From Octopus vulgaris (lineage: Eukaryota), in NCBI GenBank assembly GCA_951406725.2, contig OX597825.1, positions 20,522,001 through 20,586,000 on the forward strand: a stretch of 64,000 nucleotides of DNA. Direction: 5' to 3'. Positions 1 through 12,296 of the stretch are shown in pieces (within the stretch, counting starts at the first letter, position 1; every line of letters starts with the position of its first letter). Under the pieces are notes generated by a model that did not search any database, was not told where the DNA came from, and saw only the letters and a program-made list of their open reading frames with translations. The position numbers and the translations under genes are program-made.

Positions 1-59
1 ACCATCCAATCTAGAAAGCGAGTTAACGATCTTAGAATCCCGAGTCGAACAACATAACC

Positions 60-845
60 TATTTCTTTACTACCCACAGGGAGCTAAACACAGAGAGGAC
101 AAACAAGGACAGACAAACGGATTAAGTCGATTATATCGACCCCAGTGCGTAACTGGTACTTATTTAATCGACCCCGAAAGGATGAAAGGCAAAGTCGACC
201 TCGGCGGAATTTGAACTCAGAACGTAACGGCAGACGAAATACCTATTTCTTTACTACACACAGGGGGCTAAACACATAAAGGACAAACAAGGACAGACAA
301 ACGGATCAAGTCGATTACATCGACCCCAGTGCGTAAATGGTACTTAATTTATCGACCTCGAAAGGATGAAAGGCAAAGTCGACCTCGGCGGAATTTGAAC
401 TCAGAACGTAACGGCAAGCGAAATACCTATTTCTTTTACTACCCACAAGGGGCTAAACACTGAGAGGACAAACAAGGACAGACAAACGGATTAAGTCGAT
501 TACATCGACCCCAGTGCGTAAATGGTACTTAATTTATCGACCTCGAAAGGATGAAAGGCAAAGTCGACCTCGGCGGAATTTGAACTCAGAACGTAGCGGC
601 AGACGAAATACCTATTTCTTTACTACTCACAAAGGGCTAAACACAGAGAGGACAAACAAGGACAGAAAAACGGATTAAGTCGATTATATCGACCCCAATG
701 CGTAACTGGTACTTAATTTATCGACCTCGAAAGGATGAAAGGCAGAGTCGACCTCGGCGGAATTTAAACTCAGAACGTAACGGCAGAAGAAATACCGCTA
801 CGCATTTCGCCCGGCGTGCTAACGTTTCAGCCAGCTTGCCGCCTT
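60..845 (-). mobile_element. tRNA-derived SINE (family A, young tail) as one head plus four tandem ~184-bp bodies
   Basis: Minus strand reads AAGGCGGCAAGCTGGCTGAAACGTTAGCACGCCGGGCGAAATGC... with box-B-like GAGTT(C/T)AAAT and core GACTTTGCCTTTCATCCTTTCGGGGTCGAT. Body is repeated with junctions at 243/244, 427/428 and 612/613. A 16-bp TSD GTCGAACAACATAACC lies at 44-59 and 846-861. Confidence 0.92.
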
Positions 846-1233
846 GTCGAACAACATAACCACTGAGTGAAACAGCAGGAATAACAACAATAGCAATTGT
901 TTTCGTTTGTTACGCATTTCAACGAAAAAGTAACATGTAAGAATGTTTTACGGCATGTCATGTTGATAAATGAGAAACACGAAGAACGGAGACAGGTTGA
1001 GCAGTTAGATTAATAAATAATATCTCCAACTATGAGGGGGGAAAACTTGACAGAAGAATGTTAAAATTTGAGTTATATTTATTTTTTTAATATACGATAT
1101 GTAACATGGATAGTCAGAATCGTTAGAACTTTGGGCAAAATGTCATGTAGATTCAGCGTTTATTTATGGATCAATATGTTCTGCGATTAAATCTTAAACG
1201 AGTCGACTACATCTTTTATCTTTCTGAAATAGT

Positions 1234-1610
1234 CGTGGCACTACGTCGGTTTACGACGATGAGGGTTCCAGTTAATCCGAACAACGGAATAGCCTGCTCG
1301 TGAAATTAACGTTTAGGGAGCTGAGCACTCCACAGACACGTGTACCCTTAACGTAGTTCTCGGAGAAAGTCAGCGAGTGTGACAAGGCTGGACCTTTGAA
1401 ATACAGGTGCAACAGAAACAGGAAGAAAGAATGAAAGAAAGTTGTGGTGAAAGGGTACAAGCAGGGTTCACCATCACCCGCTGCCGGGGCTTTGTGGAAC
1501 TTTAGGTGTTTTCGCTCAATAAACACTCACAACGCCCGGTTTTGGAATAGAAACTGTGATCCTATAACCGCGAGTCAACTGCCCTAACCACTGGGCCATT
1601 GCGCCTCCAC
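1234..1610 (-). mobile_element. tRNA(Arg-like)-headed SINE, family B tail type 1
   Basis: Head GTGGAGGCGCAATGGCCCAGTGGTTAGGGCAG; homologous to 12297-12680; TSD CTTTCTGAAATAGT at 1220-1233 and 1610-1623. Confidence 0.9.
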
Positions 1611-1776
1611 TTTCTGAAATAGTAAATATAAAGCATCGTCCAAGATCTCGAATGGACAAAACTGATTGTCTTCGTATCATAATGATTATTCAATGACCGT
1701 AATGGCTTGTCAAAATAGATAAAAGAAAAACTAAAGAGATTTAACCCACATGTTCCTGTCAGTATGCATGCACAAC

Positions 1777-1810
<34 letters not shown>

Positions 1811-2085
1811 GGCAGGGAGAGAGGGAGAGAGAGAGAGAGCAATAAGAAAATGGAGGGATTCAATAGGTGGTTCATCAATTTTTAGACATTATATTATGTC
1901 AATTTATTTATATATTTGCAAAAATAATAATTACAAGAATATACATACATGTATAACATATTTATGCTTTACATATAAAATATATTGATATATAAAGATA
2001 CCAGTAATTATCAAAATATAACATACAGGAATAGAAATTGGGAAAATATCTTATAGCTGTTTCAGCCAAGAGGCAAAAATACCTC

Positions 2086-2364
2086 TGGTAATAGTGGTAA
2101 TAGTATTAGTGGTGGTGGTGGTGATGGTGGTGGTGATGGTGGTGGTGGTGGCGGCAGTGGTGGTGGTGATGGCGGCGCTGGTGGTGGCAGCGGTGATGGT
2201 GGCGGCGGCGGCGGCGGCGGTGATGGTTGAGGCAGCGTCGGTGGTTGTGGTGGTGGTGGTGTTAGTAGTAGTAGTAGTAGTAATAGTAGTAGTAGTAGTA
2301 ATGGTGGTGATGGTGATGGTAGTAGTAGTAGTAGTAATAGTAGTAGTAATGGTGGTGATGGTGA

Positions 2365-2397
<33 letters not shown>

Positions 2398-2565
2398 TAG
2401 TAGTAGTAGTAGTAGTAGTAGATGTAGTAGTAATGATAGTGGTGGTTTTGATGCTAGTAGTAGTAGTAGTAGTAGTAGTAGTAATGGTGGTGATGGTAGT
2501 AGTAGTAGTAGTAGTAGTAGTGGTGATGGTGATGGTAGTAGTAGTAGTAGTAGTAGTAGCAGTAT

Positions 2566-2608
<43 letters not shown>

Positions 2609-2666
2609 GGTATTATTATTATTAGTAGTAGTAGTAGTAGTAGTAGTGGTAGTGGTAGTGGTAGTG

Positions 2667-2719
<53 letters not shown>

Positions 2720-2730
2720 TGTAGTAGTAA
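2086..2730. repeat. Compound (GTA)n/(GGT)n/(GGC)n trinucleotide microsatellite
   Basis: Directly visible; explains the poly-V/L/P ORFs. Confidence 0.97.
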
Positions 2731-3589
2731 CGCATCGCGTTTCTTGACATGTTCGAGATTCGTCTTCATTTCAGCACAAACTTCCTAATGAGTTGTTGGC
2801 GGATGTCGTAAAACCGACGGCGGGAATAAAAGCATAAATTTTTCGTTCGACCATTTGTTAAAACGACAGAAGATCCATGGCATGTCTTCAACGAATTACG
2901 AACAACGGGAAGCAAAAGTAAAAGATTGCAGACATTTAATTACAGATTCATTAATGCATTAGACTAGTTTGTGCGGCTGGTTGCAAATCTGAGCTCATTA
3001 GCAGATAATGAAGTAAGATCTGGTTTGAATATATGTGTAACATATTAAAATGTCTCGAAGTTTACTTGAGGTAGGAAATTATTTCTCGAATTACATTTTT
3101 ACTTTACAATCGATGAACACTAAAGACAGTTCGTAGTATTTTAATATCTGTTATTTTCTCAGGTATTCAGTCTGTTGAAGCGGAGATGAGGATGTTTTCT
3201 GCACGTAGAAACAGGTATAATGGAAGTTTAGCAGCATGACAGGAACAATTATGGTCTTTCCGTAAACTGTATTCTGTTGAGCCAATAGCGAAAGATTCTA
3301 TAGGATGTATCATACTCCAAGTATAAAATTGAATTTTGGAAAATGTACCTAATCGTTTTAGTTCATTCGTTTGAACAGAACTAAGGTTGAATATATTCTC
3401 TGAGCAGTGATATATTCTCTACGGCAACAAAAGTGCAATCATGAACGAGCAGTCAGCTCCAGCTGCATTATGTCTGAAATGAAACGGGGGTGGTCACAAG
3501 TGGAAATCTTTTGAAAGTCGACCCGTTACATATGCAGACGTATCAAATATTAACGCATATATGTTTGTCTATAAATATATATATATATA

Positions 3590-3792
3590 GTTGACTAAAA
3601 AAACAGACAAAATGACAAGAAGAAACAATCACGCGAGGACGTAGTACATACAAAATATTAATAGGACGATCAGGGAAGGAAAGAAAGGGTGTTTTACGTT
3701 TCGAATTTCGAGCAAAGCTCTTCTTCAGAGACAGGAGACAGAGAAACGTTCAATAGGAAAGGAAGACAGGGTAAAAAATCGCCAACAATCGA
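3590..3792 (-). mobile_element. Probable Penelope-like terminal repeat (pLTR) remnant with degenerate minimal hammerhead
   Basis: Minus strand 3733-3690 reads TGTCT CTGAAGA AGAGC TTT GCTC GAAA(TTCGAAA)CGTA AAACA; flanked by (TA)n on both sides. Confidence 0.55.
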
Positions 3793-3824
3793 CATATATA
3801 TATATATATATATATTATATATAA

Positions 3825-4312
3825 AAAGTACAAAAATTGGGCAAGAATGCAAAACATCCAGACAGTTAGGTGATACAAAAAAGGACAACATTCGGAGTTT
3901 TTCCTCCCTGTGCCTGCCCAATCTTATATTCCTGCCGTAAGGCTTTACTTCCACACACGCCAGCTTAATATAATTTGTCCATAGTCGAAAGACACCCGTT
4001 CTCACTGTCCTGTTATTTGTATCTGTGCACCTTTTCTCCGTTTTTTCCCGTCCTTGTTTTCGTATATATTCGCTGCTTTCTCCCAAGGAATCTAATGCTC
4101 TTAGCTTAGTTTTTCTTTGGGGCTTGCCAGATTGGAGCAATCTCGAGTATAACTAGCCGAAATTACAAAGATAATCTGGAACTCGACTGAGGAAAAAACT
4201 CCGAATGATCCATTCTTGTTTTCTTTGTATCGTCTAGCTGGATGTTTTGTAGCCCCTTTTTGTATCACTTAGCTGTCCGGATGTTTTGCGTTATTGTCCC
4301 ATAGTTGTATTA
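3825..4312. mobile_element. Non-autonomous element with long imperfect terminal inverted repeats, inserted in (TA)n
   Basis: Left end GGGCAAGAATGCAAAACATCCAGACAG...ATTCGGAGTTTTTCCTC is inverted at right as GAGGAAAAAACTCCGAAT...GGATGTTTTGCGTTATTGTCCC; same family as 43677-44101. Confidence 0.7.
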
Positions 4313-4511
4313 CATATATATATATATATGAATGTTGTCCCTATTTTGTATCACCTAACATTTTCGGTATGTGATTTTGAGCCACTTGTTGCAATTAACC
4401 CGTTATTATAATTAATATAATCCTTACCAAATATGGTCTTTTCCATACCGATAAACTACTAGGTGAAATTTATTGATTTTATTAAATTAATTATATTTCA
4501 CCCTTTTTGTA

Positions 4512-4562
<51 letters not shown>

Positions 4563-5072
4563 GTGTGTATCTTACAGCAGAAAGAATATTGAATGTAACT
4601 TAGAAGTTGCGACCAGCTAATCCATCATTAGACTGTACCAGATTAAGTTAATCTTGGCTTTATATAGTCTATGTTGAGATAAACAGAGATTTGGGGGCTT
4701 TAGTTGAATGGTAATCAAATTGTTGTTTGGGTTATGATGTAGAGATGTCGCTGTCATTCCCAAAAAGAATAATAAATTTTTACCATTTAAAAGTGTGGAG
4801 TAATACTTGAGATTAATATAAAATTGTTTTTATCATAAGTGAACATCAAAATAGACATTAATGTCTAATGCAAAAAGACAACATGGTCACACCGTTAGTA
4901 GGATGGTGAGAGGGAGGAAGTCGGAGAGAAAGAGGGGACGCTATGCTAAGTGAAGTTAAACTAAGTTAGGAGGAATGAAGTACAGGGGGAATGGACAGAT
5001 AGACGGGAATGATAATTGCCTGAGATGCACCAATAACTTATAGACATTAATGTATACTTACATACGTATGCG

Positions 5073-5135
<63 letters not shown>

Positions 5136-5184
5136 GTATATACATATACATATATGTATGTATACATATTTATGTATATGTATT

Positions 5185-5233
<49 letters not shown>

Positions 5234-5610
5234 GTATGTATATATGTTTGTATGTGTGTATGTATGGATCAAAACTGCTTGATTCAGATTTGTTACCCAT
5301 ATACCAACATCAAACCAGGACACCGCGTGACCTTGCTCGACCAGTCGCAGCCCACCTCACGATAATATCAATCAGCTTCTGCCATTCAAATTCAAAATGG
5401 CTAAAGACTAGCATCGTGCTTGAAACTCAAGTGTACCAACGAATTTGAATCAAACAGTTTCGATAAATACATGTACCTTCCCAAAAATCGGTTGAGTGCT
5501 TTCGCTTGTTCACTCATTCGTGTGTATATTTCGGGACGGTAATTTTTTTCTTGCCGAATAAACGCACGCACTATATATTCGTTTTTCACGTGTTTATTAT
5601 TGTCCATATT

Positions 5611-5731
5611 TTATCGTCTGGAAATGTTTCGTCACAGAAGACATAATGGCCCAAACATAACAGCAGGAGAAACACTTCGGATGGAAAGTCGGTCAAGAGG
5701 TTACGTTTGTGTGACGAAACATTTCCAGACG

Positions 5732-5735
<4 letters not shown>
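5611..5735. repeat. Perfect 26-bp inverted repeat with 73-bp spacer
   Basis: TTATCGTCTGGAAATGTTTCGTCACA (5611-5636) and its reverse complement at 5710-5735. Confidence 0.9.
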
Positions 5736-5784
<49 letters not shown>

Positions 5785-6721
5785 TATTATTAAAAAATGG
5801 AAACTCTGATACAAGCGCTCAGAAAAACCAAGAAATTACATCCTACCCTACTTACCAACGAATATATAATCACGATTTAAATACCAATGAATATAAACTC
5901 GCACGCTTTCACGAAATTTTATTCAAATACACAGACGAATATCCTTGGCAGAATTTATTGACTAAAATCTGCCAAAGAATTTGTTAGTTATTTCTTATAT
6001 TTATCATAACGTTTATAAAGCCCTTACTAAGCAGGTTTCATTTTCCCTACACATGAAAAACTCATATTATTGCATTTTGTGCCAAATTTCTTTTTTTATA
6101 GCAGCTTTAACACCGTATGTCTATTGCTTTTATTGTTCATTTCTTTCTTTTTTGCCATTTATTTTTTTGAATATATTTTCCCGTGTTCTTTCTGTTTCAT
6201 AAGAAATAAGAAACTGTTACTAAATAACAATAGTTTTTTTAGGAGAGTAAATACAAATTAATCGATAAATTTCCATCAGTACTCTTCCTTATCTCTCTCA
6301 TCATTCTCATCTGTATCTCACAATCTCTCTTTTTCTCTCTCTCTCTCTTTTCCATTTCTTTTCGCTCCTTTCCTTCTTTCGGTATATTTCTATATATGTG
6401 TGCATGTTTTCGATATATATATACACATATATTTACTTGTATATAAATATATATATATAGATATATACATATATCTATCTAGATAGATATATGTATATAT
6501 ATAGATATATACATATATCTATCTAGATAGATATATGTATATGTATATATAGATAGATATATGTATATATATGAATCTAGTTACATATATTCACATATAT
6601 ATATATATATACATGAATATATATATGAATATATATATATATATATATATACTCGTATATATATATACATATGAATATATATATGTATATATGTATGTAT
6701 GAATGTATCTATCTATCTATC

Positions 6722-6775
<54 letters not shown>

Positions 6776-6892
6776 TATACATATATATATATATATATAC
6801 ATACATGCATACATACATACATACATACATATATGAATATATATATGTATATACACACGAGTGTATTTGTGTGCATGTGTGTGAGCGTGGGT

Positions 6893-7205
6893 GAAGGCGT
6901 ATGGCTTAGTTTTTAAAGTATTGGGCTCAGAATCGTAAAGTGTCGAGTTCGTTTCCCGGCGGCTCGTTATGACTTTCAGCTAGATACCTCATTTCCCGTA
7001 GCTCTAGCGCACACATGTGACAAAAATGATTTCTAAGGGTATTCCAAAGGGCCGGCCTTGTTACATTCTATGTCACTCGGAATTTCTCTGAGAACTACGT
7101 TTCAGGGTACACGTGTCTGTGAAGTGCTCAGCTAGTTTTACGTGTAGACTTTTCGTTTGATCTGATCAACCTCGAACTTTTATCGTCGTAACCGTCAGTG
7201 TGCTT
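6893..7205 (+). mobile_element. Old, diverged tRNA-derived SINE sharing the family B type-1 tail
   Basis: Head GAAGGCGTATGGCTTAGT...GAGTTCGTTTCCC; tail GAGAACTACGTTTCAGGGTACACGTGTCTGTG...TCGTCGTAACCG. Confidence 0.7.
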
Positions 7206-7512
7206 TTAACCCTTTTCGTGATCAATAAAAAATATGTAGAAGTCAAGTACTGAGATCGACGTAAATGACTTCCCCTCCCCTCAAAAACTGCTGATTATGC
7301 GCCAGAATTTGAAACCATTATCGGCGACGAAATGGCAGAAACGTCAGCACACCGAAAAAATGCTTAGCAGCGTTTCGTCCGTCATCACGTTCTGAATCCA
7401 ATCTCCGCCTTGAGCAACTGTGCCTGTCATCATTCCCAGGCCGATGATACAGGCGAGATGGGCTTGGGTCCCTTGGGCAGACTTGACTGGCCATCAGCTT
7501 ATAATACAAAGG

Positions 7513-7577
<65 letters not shown>

Positions 7578-7581
7578 TATT

Positions 7582-7615
<34 letters not shown>

Positions 7616-7629
7616 CAATTATTATTACA

Positions 7630-7664
<35 letters not shown>

Positions 7665-7679
7665 AATTATTATTATTGA

Positions 7680-8220
7680 GTGAGAGAGCAGTTCATGCCA
7701 TCAAAGTGACACTGGGGTAAAATATACGAAGCCCAATATACCCATCATGACTACTCGTCTGATAAAGGTACACCAGGCACATGCATCACAACCATATGTG
7801 CGCGACATGGTGATCTCATATCAAGATAAACAGCACATGACCTTGCAGGTGGGGCCCAGTTAGAATTTTCTTCAGGTTGAGTAGCCCATCCTGCTCAAAC
7901 GGTCCCTGAATAAGGGTTGCTTAAGGATGTTGAAAGAACCACCCATGTTTCCAGAGGTGAACTATTCAAACCCCAAAGAATCCCTCTCAACACATGGCTA
8001 TGATGCTCCCCCACTACTTCTGCTCGTGATCAGAGATGCACATATCGTCAGCCACTAAGGGACATGCTCAACTGGTTAAGGTCAAACAACTGACAAGCAA
8101 ATCTGTGGTATTGAGCAGAATATTTGCTGTAGCCCATCTTTTATACCAAGACAAAACAATGTACATGATAACACTTCCAATCAGTTAAGATCAAAAGCCA
8201 TGAGAGCCACTGCCTGGTAC
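7680..8220 (-). mobile_element. ~540-bp non-coding interspersed element embedded in (TAA)n arrays, probably a non-autonomous retroposon
   Basis: Complex sequence bounded on both sides by long (ATT)n; no ORF; minus-strand 3' end runs into (AAT)n. Confidence 0.55.
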
Positions 8221-8266
8221 TTATTATTATAGTTATTATTATTACAATTATTATTATTATTATTAC

Positions 8267-8309
<43 letters not shown>

Positions 8310-8521
8310 GTAGTTGTTATTATTATTATTGTTGTTATTATTATTATTACAACTATTATTAATATTAGTAGTAGTAGTAGTAGAAGTAGTAGTAGTATTA
8401 TTACAATTATTATTACAATTATTATCATTATTATCATTACAATTATTATTATTATTATTACTACTATTATTATTATTGTTGTTGTTGTAGTTGTTGTTGT
8501 TGTTATTATTATTATTACAAC

Positions 8522-8593
<72 letters not shown>

Positions 8594-8624
8594 CATTATT
8601 ATTATTATTATTATTATTTCGTTT

Positions 8625-8815
8625 GCACGCCGGGCGTAAATGCTTAGCAGCATTTCGTCTGTCGTTGCGTTCTGATTTCAAATTCCGCCGGGGTTGACTT
8701 TGCCTTTCAGCCTTTCAGGGTCTATAAAATTAGCACAAGTTATGCACTGGGGTCGATGTAATTGACTTAATCCCTTCCTCCAAATTTGAGGCCTTGTGCT
8801 TCCAGTAGGAAGTAT
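8625..8815 (+). mobile_element. Family A SINE (older tail type), 5'-eroded
   Basis: GCACGCCGGGCGTAAATGCTTAGCAGCATTTCGTCTG...GACTTTGCCTTTCAGCCTTTCAGGGTC...GGCCTTGTGCTTCCAGTAG. Confidence 0.8.
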
Positions 8816-9032
8816 TGTTGACGTTGTTGTTGTTGCTGCTGCTGATGCTGTCGTCATCGTCACCATCGTCACTAACAACATCATCATCATTGTCCTCATC
8901 ATCATCATCGTTATTGTTGTTATTACTATTTTTGTTATTATGTGTATACATAGATAGACGGACAAATAATGACAGAGAGAGTGAGAGAGAGAGAGGAATA
9001 GACACACAGACAGGTAGATAGATAACTAGATG

Positions 9033-9097
<65 letters not shown>

Positions 9098-9164
9098 TGA
9101 GAGATAGATTGCTAGACAGACAGACAGTCAGACAGACAGTCAGACAGATAGATAGATAGATAGT

Positions 9165-9224
<60 letters not shown>

Positions 9225-9755
9225 CAGACAGACACACAGATAGACAGATAGACAGATAGATAGATAGCAACAGACAAACACACATATATATTTGCTCAGT
9301 TGTTTCGCTTCGTATAATAGTTTGTGTCTAATTGCAATGGAAAGCAACTAAAAAGAAAGAAAAAGAAAATGTGCCAAACACATAAAAACATATAAAAACA
9401 TGACATGTACAAAGGGGAAACAACTGATTCAGCAAAAAAAAACCTTCTTCACAAACGTTTATTTCAATCTTCAGTGTTATCATTAGCACGAATTCTATAT
9501 ATTATTGCTATCACGCTCAATACCACAAAAAGCAGCTCGATATAAAACGCAAACTGATAGATAGCAAAAACGTAAAAATAGCAAAACTATATTTTTCCAT
9601 ATTTTTCTACCAATGCTATAATAAAAACTACCTACCGCCATTGTTTGTTTGTTTGTTTTTTTTTTTTCCGTCTCAGTCCAGAGACGCTGCTGCTACTGCT
9701 GTCATAAGTATGCCACCAACAACACCACCATCACCACAACTACTACTACTACTAC

Positions 9756-9795
<40 letters not shown>

Positions 9796-9798
9796 AAC

Positions 9799-9860
<62 letters not shown>

Positions 9861-10042
9861 TAATAATAAGAAGAAGAAGAAGAACAATAACAATAATAAT
9901 ACTAACAACAACGACAATAACAACAACCACAACAACAACAACAATAATAATAATAATAATTATTATTATTATTATTATTATTATTATAATACATGAAATA
10001 TGTATACATAGATAGATAGATAGATAGATAGATATATAGATC

Positions 10043-10087
<45 letters not shown>

Positions 10088-10176
10088 GCACACACATACA
10101 CACACAGGCTGACAGATAGGTAGATAGTTGGATGGAGATGTTACATATATATACATATATAAATACATATACATAA

Positions 10177-10212
<36 letters not shown>

Positions 10213-10330
10213 GTATATATATATATATATATATATACATACATATATATATATTACATGTGTGTTTATATATGAATATGTATACGTGTGTTTGTATATA
10301 TATTTATACATATACATATATATATATATA

Positions 10331-10953
10331 CAGGATTCGATGGATGAATACGAAAGTACTGCACCTCGGAAAACTCACTCTGATCGTTTTGATAAGAAAA
10401 GAACTCCGGAATTTGTTGGTGAGATCCAGGCTATGAATTTCATATCACGCAAGTAATGCATGAAGACATTCGCTATTCTTCATACAAAGTGAGAAAGGGT
10501 TAATGTTTATCCCCAGCCATCAAGGACAAGACTACCCCATCAAGATCAAACTCAAGTATCCCCTCCAACTGAACATGCTTTAGTTTTACTCACTCAAGAA
10601 AAAATTTCTATCAGGATCAGATGGTAAATACACAGAATGACTGTTGGCTCGCAGTGTCCCCAAGACATGTACTGAGAGTGATAAAAATCAAACGTCCAGT
10701 CAACATCATACTGCTTGGCGTGATCACTAGCGATGATGACGTTATGTCTCCATTTATCTTCCTCAGACTCAACACGGAGGCCTACATCAAGTTCCCGGAG
10801 GAGAGAGTGCTGCCCTGAGTCAAGGGGATGACTGCTGGAAGATCCTATATCTTGTTACAGGACTCTACACCATGCTACACAAGCAGGAGAACCCAGACCT
10901 CACTGTCAGTCATGTTCTGCTACCACATCACCCCTAACATCCAGCCACCTAAT
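10331..10953 (+). pseudogene. Decayed Tc1/mariner-superfamily (DD37D/maT-like) transposase
   Basis: Broken frames give [81 protein letters not shown] and ITPNIQPPN, the last two matching the QQDSAPCH and WPPNSPD motif regions; several stops and frameshifts. Confidence 0.85.
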
Positions 10954-11010
10954 GATATATGTATAGTTATAGACAGACAGATAGACAGATTGATCGATAG
11001 GGACAGAGAT

Positions 11011-11084
<74 letters not shown>

Positions 11085-11091
11085 GGAAAGG

Positions 11092-11171
<80 letters not shown>

Positions 11172-11617
11172 TTCATGAGCAGGCTGTTGATTTTAATCGG
11201 ATAAACTGGAAGCATAATTATATTTAAATCTAACAAATATAAATACCTAAATAACTAAACACTGTGACGTAAAATTCTTTTTTTATTTTTTTCGTTCTTT
11301 CGTTACCCAAAGACGTCATCATAATTTTAAATCCTAAGCTATGTTTTCTGAGAACATTCTATTTCTTCTTAAAGTTCTTTTCGTATGCGTTCCACTATCA
11401 GAGATATTATTTCAGTTAACTTTGAATTTGGGTCAACTTGATAACATTGCGTTAGCATAAATTTTCGGATATATTGAATTGTACATTTTTCCATATCTAA
11501 ATATTCTGGTACGTTAGAAACAATTGGCGGTGATATAAGGTGTAATCATCAATTACAGGTGTGTTTTTCTCCCTTTTTGTTCATATATATATGAGTGGAA
11601 TCGAATCAGGGTGTATG

Positions 11618-11697
<80 letters not shown>

Positions 11698-11741
11698 ATG
11701 TGTGTGTATGCATATATACATATATATATACACACACATGC

Positions 11742-11810
<69 letters not shown>

Positions 11811-11817
11811 TATATGC

Positions 11818-11890
<73 letters not shown>

Positions 11891-11891
11891 T

Positions 11892-12090
11892 GTTTCTTTA
11901 TTAGCCACACAGGGCTGCACACAGATAGAACAAATTACAAGGTAGAGCTTTTCTTTTGAAGGTTTAAAAAAAAAAAAAAAAAAAGGAAGGGGGAGTTTCG
12001 ATCAAAAGGGATCGTAAAAGGAGAGAAAGAGGACAAAAAAAAGGGGGTTAAAAAAAAAAAGGGGGAGAGGAAAAAAAAAAAAAAAAATGA
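11892..12090 (-). mobile_element. 3' end of a LINE-like element (possibly Tx1/L1 group) abutting (GATA)n
   Basis: Minus strand has a pyrimidine-rich 3' UTR ending CCTTGTAATTTGTTCTATCTGTGTGCAGCCCTGTGTGGCTAATAAAGAAAC then (TATC)n. Clade assignment is inference. Confidence 0.5.
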
Positions 12091-12296
12091 TACGAAATTG
12101 TTTTTCAAATTTCTTGATACAGACACACTTGTTGAAAAAATAATTTCTTTAAAAAGAGGATTCTTCAATCATGACTGTTTTCATCTGATTTTTTAAAAGT
12201 TGTTTCATATAATTCCTAATTCCAGTCCCAAAATATTGGTCATGTCAACTCCAGTTAAGAAGTCCCTCCTTCACCGTGCATATAGGAAAACAGATG

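Noticed and set aside
60-845. Tandem 184-bp units as a hammerhead retrozyme array
   Set aside because: No CTGANGA...GAAA core was found on either strand of the unit; it is a tRNA-headed SINE.
2062-2769. Long ORFs rich in L/P/V and similar poly-I, poly-N, YI- and CV-repeat ORFs across the window
   Set aside because: They are translations of simple sequence repeats with no protein-like complexity.
4186-4215. CTGAGGA...GAAT motif (also at ~44010) as a hammerhead
   Set aside because: GAAA is absent in both copies and the only stem uses the core GGA bases.
5270-5450. [11 protein letters not shown] peptide as a second GIY-YIG fragment
   Set aside because: Too short, and lacks the diagnostic GIY/YIG motifs.
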